IMG/VR virus record: IMGVR_UViG_3300019776_000252
Span: 10,704-74,703 of that record
Source: a virus
DNA: 64,000 nt
Direction: 5' to 3' (one strand)
Position 1 is the first letter of the stretch; every line of letters starts with the position of its first letter. The position numbers and the translations under genes were made by a program. Below, in pieces: positions 58,558 through 64,000 of this stretch. Under the pieces are notes generated by a model that made no database searches, was not told the DNA's origin, and was given only the letters and a program-made list of their open reading frames with translations.

Positions 58558-61059
58558 ATGCCAACCTCTAAGTCATTTCAAGAGATTCAGAACTTTGCTA
58601 GAAATTCTGCTGGCTGGTTTTTTGATGTAGATGGTGTCTACAAACCAGCAAGAGTTAATTACATTCGTAATAACACTATGCTTGGTGTTATTGCTGGTAG
58701 TCCAGGCACTATCCCAACTAACTGGGCTATTGATGGTAACGAGAATGGCTTAACTCGTACCATTGTTGGTGTTGGTGTTGAGAATGGTATTAGCTACATA
58801 GATGTTCAATGGTCTGGAACACCTACAGCTACTTCTGATCTAGATCATTTCTTTGAAACTGGTAACGGTATTGGAGCTAGTAATGGACAGACTTGGACAG
58901 GTTCTGTTTACTTAAAACTAGTATCAGGCACATTGCCAGGAACTGTAGTTCACTATGGCTATGTTCTGGATTCAAGCCAAACGTTTATTAATCTTCTAGA
59001 CTTCGGCACTCTTAGCGTTAATTCAACGCTTACTCGTTTTGTTGGTACTGGTCAAATCAATACAGCTAGTGCTACTTACATGCGTCCTACGGTAAAGATA
59101 AGCTACACACTTAGTGTGGCAGTTAACTTCACCATTCGTATTGGAATGCCTCAACTTGAACTAGGTCTTACACCAAGTACTGTAGCCCCTACTGTTATTG
59201 CTACTAGTGGAGCACCTCGTAGAGCTTATGACCCTAGCTGCTATGACTTTGGATATCTTCTAAACACTGAACTAGTTACTAATGGTCCTACTGGTTTTGC
59301 TAATACCACTGGTATTGCTGCAGGTAACTCTGCAACTATTGCAGCCACTGGTAATGAACTAGTTATTACCCAAGCTGCATCCAGTGTCTATGGACAAGCA
59401 CAAGTTTCATACTCTGGTTTAACAGTAGGTAAGCGTTATCGTTTGTCTATTAAGTACTCTAATCTCACTGATACTACTGGTGGAACAATCATCCAGTTTG
59501 GTACACAGACAGTTGGTAATCCTTATTCCATAGATACCTTTATCTATGATTGGTTGTGTACTAGTGCTTCTGGAAGTATCAACATAAGCCATAGCAATAC
59601 CAATCCAATTGGTGCCAAGATCAATGTAGCTTCCTTGTCTCTACAAGAAATAGTAGCTAAGACAGTTGGTACTGAACTAGCTGTTAATGGTTCCTTCAGT
59701 GCAGATACTAATTGGACTAAAGGTAACGCTGCATGGACTATTTCTGGTGGAACATTGAACTGTAATGGTTCTTCTGCAGGTGTTTGGACAACTGCCAGTG
59801 ATATGCCTGCTGTAAGCGTAGGCAAAACATACAGAATTATTTGGACTGTTACAACTACTACTGCAGGTAGCGGAGTATCTGTTGGTTTTAATGGAACAAC
59901 TACAAATAACGTAGGTGGTACATATTCAACTTCTGGAACATTTATTGATTACGTTACTGTTCCTTATGGTTCAACTAGCTTCTTCATTGGTGCTCGTGGA
60001 GCAGGTACTTGGGCAGGTAGTATTGATAACATATCAATACAAGAAGTAATGTTCCGTCCTGTTGGTGTAATGTCTGAAGACACTAGAACCAACATGATTA
60101 ACTACACAGAGAATTTAGGTGATAACACTTATTGGAATAATGCCGGTAGTGTTACTGCTGCTGCAGGAGAAACATCTCCTACTGGTGCAACAGCAGCCTT
60201 AGTAACATTTACAGCTTCTGGAACTCGTTATAGGACTGCACAATCCCTTACTGCAGGTATTGCCTACACTTCTAGTCTTTATATGAAGTGGGTATCTGGT
60301 GCTACTAATCTAGTATTTGTAGCTTGCTCTTCAGGAAGTTTTGGAGGTACTGGTGGAGATAGAACACTGGTGTTTAGTGGTATCAACGGAGGTTGGGTAA
60401 GCAATAGTTCCGAAATAACTTCTTACTCTATTACTCGTTGCGGTAATGGTTGGTTTAGGGTATCAGCAACATATACTCCTACAACTACCAACGTCACTAA
60501 CATAGGTGTTCAAGCCGGTGCTGCTAACGTAACAGCAGCATGGGGTGCTCAGATAGAGCAAGGAAGTATTGCTACTTCTTATATCCCTAACCCTAGTGCT
60601 ACTTATAACCAACGTGTCTACGACAACATAGCCATTACAGGTAACAAGCTAACTGATTGGTTTACCCAATACAGTACAGGTGCTTTTGTTATTGAGTATG
60701 AACCAAATGCTAACTCTGCTGGTTATTTGCTTGGTTCTGCAGCTTGTGGACTTCAAGGCGGTCAAGCAAGTCTTTCTCAATGGAATAACATTACTACAGT
60801 TACAAATAGTGGTCCAACAACTCCATTTGAGAAATGTAAGGTTGCTTTATCTTATATAGGTAACAAGCGTGTAGCCTGTATCAACGGCTCTATGGCTACT
60901 ATTGATAACAATCCAGCATTTACCACTGCTGTTACTGGCTTGTATATTGGGTCCTTTAGTAGTGCTTCTGGAAACATTCAGAATGGAGCCATTAGAACTG
61001 TTAAGTACTACAAGGATGGTTTGACTGAGGCAGCTATGCGCTACCTCACGGCTAACTAA
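58558..61059 (+). CDS. Head-spike fibre protein 2, paralogue of the preceding gene
   Basis: Same motif order: DGV.K, P.T.PT.W, PQLE.G, E.TRTN, NGWFR, GAQIEQG..ATSYI. Confidence 0.7.
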   Translation: MPTSKSFQEIQNFARNSAGWFFDVDGVYKPARVNYIRNNTMLGVIAGSPGTIPTNWAIDGNENGLTRTIVGVGVENGISYIDVQWSGTPTATSDLDHFFETGNGIGASNGQTWTGSVYLKLVSGTLPGTVVHYGYVLDSSQTFINLLDFGTLSVNSTLTRFVGTGQINTASATYMRPTVKISYTLSVAVNFTIRIGMPQLELGLTPSTVAPTVIATSGAPRRAYDPSCYDFGYLLNTELVTNGPTGFANTTGIAAGNSATIAATGNELVITQAASSVYGQAQVSYSGLTVGKRYRLSIKYSNLTDTTGGTIIQFGTQTVGNPYSIDTFIYDWLCTSASGSINISHSNTNPIGAKINVASLSLQEIVAKTVGTELAVNGSFSADTNWTKGNAAWTISGGTLNCNGSSAGVWTTASDMPAVSVGKTYRIIWTVTTTTAGSGVSVGFNGTTTNNVGGTYSTSGTFIDYVTVPYGSTSFFIGARGAGTWAGSIDNISIQEVMFRPVGVMSEDTRTNMINYTENLGDNTYWNNAGSVTAAAGETSPTGATAALVTFTASGTRYRTAQSLTAGIAYTSSLYMKWVSGATNLVFVACSSGSFGGTGGDRTLVFSGINGGWVSNSSEITSYSITRCGNGWFRVSATYTPTTTNVTNIGVQAGAANVTAAWGAQIEQGSIATSYIPNPSATYNQRVYDNIAITGNKLTDWFTQYSTGAFVIEYEPNANSAGYLLGSAACGLQGGQASLSQWNNITTVTNSGPTTPFEKCKVALSYIGNKRVACINGSMATIDNNPAFTTAVTGLYIGSFSSASGNIQNGAIRTVKYYKDGLTEAAMRYLTAN

Positions 61060-61988
61060 ATCCCATCAGCTATCTGGCTTATCGTAGGCCGATAGTAGGT
61101 GTTCATCAGTAGATTCAAATTCTTGTGTCTACTGATCTTCGCTAAGGTCATCACATCGACTTTCTTTGCTAAGTGAGTTAATGCGGTGGCCCTAGTATCA
61201 TGGAACGTTAAACCAGTGATTTGAAGCTCTCTACAGAGCTTACTGAACAACACAGAACCCTCATTAGCATCAACCACAAATGATGGTCTTGCTAACAACT
61301 TCCTAGCTATTCTGCCTATTGGGATTCGTCCTACTTGTTCTGTCTTGGTTTTGAGAGTTACAACCTTCGTCAGAGGGTCATAGTTGTCTGGTGCTTGAAG
61401 TACTTCAGACATTCTCATACCAGTCCTCAGAGCGATGTGAAAGGCATCCTGCATCTCTTTAGTCTTACCTACCCTAGGTGCTCTCAAAACTCGTTTTATA
61501 GCCTTCCAGCCCCATACAGATTGTCTGGGTTGGTTTTCTTTAGGCATCTTGGCTCCTGAGAATGGATCATGGTCAAGCCACTTCCATTCCTTACGAGCCA
61601 GATTTAACAGGTTTCGCAATAGATTTGCTTCCCTGACTACGGTAGATCCACTGACTGTTTCCAGCCTTGTGTCTCTCCATTTGGCTATGTCTGGAGTGTC
61701 TAGATCCTGAAGGATCTGATCCTTACCAAAGTGCTCTAGCATCTGTTCTAGCCTACGCACTTCCCAAGGACCGCCATCTTTCTTGGATGAGACTTCTTTT
61801 TGGTACTTCTCTACGGCATCACCAAAGGTGTGAATGCCTGTTTGTTTGTCTCTCTTGGCTTTGGCTTCTTGCTCAGTAGCCCATGCTTGAGCTTCTCTTT
61901 TCGTATCGAAGGATTTGCTTGAACGTTTACCGTTCCTAGCTATCTGAGCTTGCCACTTACCAGAGGGAATCTTTTGGATGTAGGCCAT
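61056..61988 (-). CDS. int: Tyrosine integrase
   Basis: N-terminal arm-binding domain (GKWQAQI...SKSFDTKREAQAWA), TGMR.SE, K, HDTR, H, C-terminal YY. Confidence 0.93.
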   Translation of the reverse strand: MAYIQKIPSGKWQAQIARNGKRSSKSFDTKREAQAWATEQEAKAKRDKQTGIHTFGDAVEKYQKEVSSKKDGGPWEVRRLEQMLEHFGKDQILQDLDTPDIAKWRDTRLETVSGSTVVREANLLRNLLNLARKEWKWLDHDPFSGAKMPKENQPRQSVWGWKAIKRVLRAPRVGKTKEMQDAFHIALRTGMRMSEVLQAPDNYDPLTKVVTLKTKTEQVGRIPIGRIARKLLARPSFVVDANEGSVLFSKLCRELQITGLTFHDTRATALTHLAKKVDVMTLAKISRHKNLNLLMNTYYRPTISQIADGI

Positions 61989-62026
61989 TCGTAATCACCA
62001 TTCGTACTTTATTCGGGGAGCATTCG
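61987..62026. repeat. Four ATTCG direct repeats, candidate integrase arm sites
   Basis: ATTCG at 61987, 62000, 62011, 62022 (spacing 13, 11, 11). Confidence 0.7.
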
Positions 62027-62031
62027 GAAAC

Positions 62032-62054
62032 AAAAAGACCTCCATTGGGAGGTC
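62032..62054 (-). terminator. Terminator downstream of the attP tRNA fragment
   Basis: Minus strand GACCTCC-CAAT-GGAGGTC then TTTTT. Confidence 0.8.
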
Positions 62055-62097
62055 GTGTAGTGTATCCGTAGCATCTTTCCAATGAAAGTAACCTAAA

Positions 62098-62115
62098 TGG
62101 TGCCCGAGGCCGGAA
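62098..62115 (-). other. attP core: 3' end of a tRNA, probably tRNA-Leu
   Basis: Minus strand TTCCGGCCTCGGGCACCA = part of T-loop, T-stem 3' side, acceptor 3' side, discriminator A, CCA; no rest of tRNA; between xis and int. Confidence 0.85.
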
Positions 62116-62127
62116 CTTAACCTACAG

Positions 62128-62340
62128 CTAAGAAGGCCCTGATTCGTAATCCATTCGACTTTTGACTGCTTTTCGATGCATAAATGCAGCTACTTCAGAC
62201 CTAAGCCAGAGTGGATTACGAGCACTAGAACCAGGAGCAATGTCAGGGAATCCTATCGTCTTGGTAAGAACATCCCTAGCATGTCTCCTGCTGCACTTGT
62301 AGATCTTTGCCAGATCATCCAGATTCAACAGACCGATCAT
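62128..62340 (-). CDS. xis: Excisionase / AlpA-like winged-helix protein
   Basis: LL.L.DLA..Y..S.........GFP......R..LW..SEV..F; adjacent to attP and int. Confidence 0.8.
   Translation of the reverse strand: MIGLLNLDDLAKIYKCSRRHARDVLTKTIGFPDIAPGSSARNPLWLRSEVAAFMHRKAVKSRMDYESGPS
62142..62157. repeat. Two ATTCG repeats on the other side of the core, candidate arm sites
   Basis: ATTCGTAATCCATTCG; the 10-mer ATTCGTAATC is identical to 61987-61996. Confidence 0.65.
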
Positions 62341-62474
62341 AGAGGGCTGACCTCCCTACGCTCATGCTTCTTCAAAGACTGAATAGCGTTGTGAATCACA
62401 TGAGCTTGGTGAAGTTTTCCGTTGGCTTGGTAATCCTGACGAATTTGCTCAAGAATTTCAATTGCTCGTTGCAT
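62337..62474 (-). CDS. 45-aa hypothetical protein (not in ORF track)
   Basis: MQRAIEILEQIRQDYQANGKLHQAHVIHNAIQSLKKHERREVSPL; ATGA overlap with xis. Confidence 0.6.
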   Translation of the reverse strand: MQRAIEILEQIRQDYQANGKLHQAHVIHNAIQSLKKHERREVSPL

Positions 62475-62670
62475 CTTCAGCCTCCGCTTGTTTCTTCAGA
62501 TCTGTGTAGTGACCCATGCAAAGCATGTACTCTTTACGATCCAAGCCAGTAGCATCACGAGCTTCTGCTGAGTACATGTTGAAGTGCCCAGACTGACGAA
62601 CAGCTTCGTAGATCTTCCAGTTCTCAATCTGTTTAGGAGTAAATTTCTTATTAGGCATTACTAATTCCAA
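62458..62670 (-). CDS. Small phage protein
   Basis: YEAVRQSG.FNM...A...TGL...EY......Y..L; true start may be 62658. Confidence 0.65.
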   Translation of the reverse strand: MELVMPNKKFTPKQIENWKIYEAVRQSGHFNMYSAEARDATGLDRKEYMLCMGHYTDLKKQAEAEDATSN

Positions 62671-62956
62671 TTAAAGAGTCATTAACTTTCATTGTGATTT
62701 GTGGTTTGCTTACTGGCCTAGCAAATAGAGCCATATTCATTGGTAATACTATTGAAGGATCAACAGTACGATAGGTTGGATAACCACCATAAGGACCATT
62801 TACATAAGCTACTGGTTCTGTAGTAATTTCTTGTGCTGCTTCAGCATCAAGACAAAACATTTCAATAATCTCTTCAAGATCACAGCAGCGGTTTTGATAG
62901 TGACAAGCCAATTTAATAGCTTTACTTAAAGCTTCTTCAAGAGCCACAATGTTCAT
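62651..62956 (-). CDS. Hypothetical protein
   Basis: 101 aa, EPVAY motif, coupled ORF. Confidence 0.6.
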   Translation of the reverse strand: MNIVALEEALSKAIKLACHYQNRCCDLEEIIEMFCLDAEAAQEITTEPVAYVNGPYGGYPTYRTVDPSIVLPMNMALFARPVSKPQITMKVNDSLIGISNA

Positions 62957-63132
62957 ATATCCACCTTTGCAGTAGCTGTGGTTTCTATTACTAGAGTTTC
63001 ACCAGCAGCAAAATTAACTATAGGAACAAGCATCCAAAAAGCCAGCTTGTTTCCGTAGTAAAACTCAGCAACAAGACCATCATATTTCGGCTTGATTTCA
63101 ATCCTGTCATAAGGTACTTGTACTTCTGTCAT
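62953..63132 (-). CDS. 59-aa hypothetical protein (not in ORF track)
   Basis: MTEVQVPYDRIEIKPKYDGLVAEFYYG...; ATGA overlaps at both ends. Confidence 0.6.
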   Translation of the reverse strand: MTEVQVPYDRIEIKPKYDGLVAEFYYGNKLAFWMLVPIVNFAAGETLVIETTATAKVDI

Positions 63133-63311
63133 ACATCCCCCTTCAGTGCTTCTTCCTTCTCCTTGGCTACCCGCTGAGAAGTCAACAAAGCAACTCGTAT
63201 CTCAGGGTCTATGCTCGACAACACCCCATAGACTTCTTCAATGCTCATACCTTTAAGGGTGGCATCATTGATGTGGGTAATGATTAGATTGCGTAGTTCT
63301 GTAAACGTCAT
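63129..63311 (-). CDS. Hypothetical protein
   Basis: 60 aa, ATGA-coupled. Confidence 0.6.
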   Translation of the reverse strand: MTFTELRNLIITHINDATLKGMSIEEVYGVLSSIDPEIRVALLTSQRVAKEKEEALKGDV

Positions 63312-63763
63312 ACATCCCTCATCAGTGCTGCACGGGCAGCGATTACCTGTCCTGCTGGCTTTGCATTCAGTAAGCCCTCACAAGATTCTGTGTACTGCAC
63401 CAACATCGACAACGCCTCACGCAACCGAGCAACTTCTGCCTGTGCTTCAACGAGTTGTGCCTTAAATTCTTTATCAACCAATTGCGCTACTTGACACTGC
63501 TTGTCCAAAGCTCGGTGTGCTTCAGCGAGTTGGGTGCGTAGCTCGTCTTCTACTTTCGCTGCACCGTCTAACACCAGCAGTCCCATACTCTTTTCATGCT
63601 CCAACTCTTGGCGTAGTGCTGCGAGTGCGGAGGTGGGGTAGAGTGGCTCCATATCAGGAAGCTTGTTAAGTTCTCGGTAGTCGATGGCAATACTTTTGTT
63701 TCCAGTTGAGTACGCTACAACGTGACCTACTGGCTCCACATCCACCTTGTTTGTGTCAGTCAT
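63308..63763 (-). CDS. Coiled-coil accessory protein of a type common in temperate phages
   Basis: EPV...PLY...AEVARLREAL...ARAAL pattern; visibly GC-richer than the core genome. Confidence 0.65.
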   Translation of the reverse strand: MTDTNKVDVEPVGHVVAYSTGNKSIAIDYRELNKLPDMEPLYPTSALAALRQELEHEKSMGLLVLDGAAKVEDELRTQLAEAHRALDKQCQVAQLVDKEFKAQLVEAQAEVARLREALSMLVQYTESCEGLLNAKPAGQVIAARAALMRDV

Positions 63764-64000
63764 ATATCCACCTTCATCGCTTCTTTGATTTTGTCTGCTT
63801 GCATATCATCAGACAGCAGATTCTTTGTCGATGGTGAATTAAAGTAGTCGAGGCAAGATTGCAGCGCCTTTCGCAACCGCTTATTCTCTACTTCCAGCTT
63901 CGCACCGGCGTCATCTAAGGTCGGGTATTCAATATCAACACCACACCCACAGTTATTGCAGGTGTATGTGATTGACCGCTGTTGGTGGTGGCATACCGGA
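63760..64000 (-). CDS. Hypothetical protein, 5' end outside the window
   Basis: Open frame ...TCNNCGCGVDIEYPTLDDAGAKLEVENKRLRKALQ... ending in an ATGA overlap. Confidence 0.5.
   Translation of the reverse strand, partial: PVCHHQQRSITYTCNNCGCGVDIEYPTLDDAGAKLEVENKRLRKALQSCLDYFNSPSTKNLLSDDMQADKIKEAMKVDI

Noticed and set aside
46717-61059. Diversity-generating retroelement or invertible fibre shufflon
   Set aside because: No reverse transcriptase, template/variable repeat pair or invertase sites seen; the recombinase has attP context
62090-62130. Intact tRNA gene
   Set aside because: Only the last 18 nt are present; no D or anticodon arm. No full tRNA recognised in the window
1-64000. CRISPR array, stop-codon recoding, introns or inteins
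   Set aside because: No repeat-spacer array noticed; core genes are uninterrupted in the standard code and of expected size

Overview
About 64 kb of an N4-like (Schitoviridae) podovirus genome, read across the junction of its physical ends at roughly 6.9-7.05 kb. Left of the junction, minus strand: early and middle genes (Drc/gp2-like cofactor, SLOG protein, two-subunit RNAP II, HNH endonuclease, AAA ATPase) behind four vRNAP-type hairpin promoters. Right of the junction, plus strand: terminase, adaptor, portal, capsid, ejection proteins and a 3396-aa virion RNA polymerase. Then a minus-strand replication/nucleotide block (resolvase, SSB, Sak4-like ATPase, primase, exonuclease, class II RNR, ThyX) and a 14-kb plus-strand cassette of tail fibres, lysis genes and GTA-like head-spike genes. 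DNA polymerase and helicase are not in the window. Most unusual: the phage looks temperate. It has a tyrosine integrase, an Xis-like gene and an intact attP (18-nt tRNA-Leu-like 3' end, replacement terminator, phased arm repeats). A near-consensus LexA SOS box sits between an early hairpin promoter and the RNAP II operon, suggesting host-SOS control of the transcription cascade. Also noted: two unannotated micropeptides, two candidate structured RNAs, a capsid-protein insertion and a zincin domain in the vRNAP. All family assignments come from motif recognition and synteny, not database searches.
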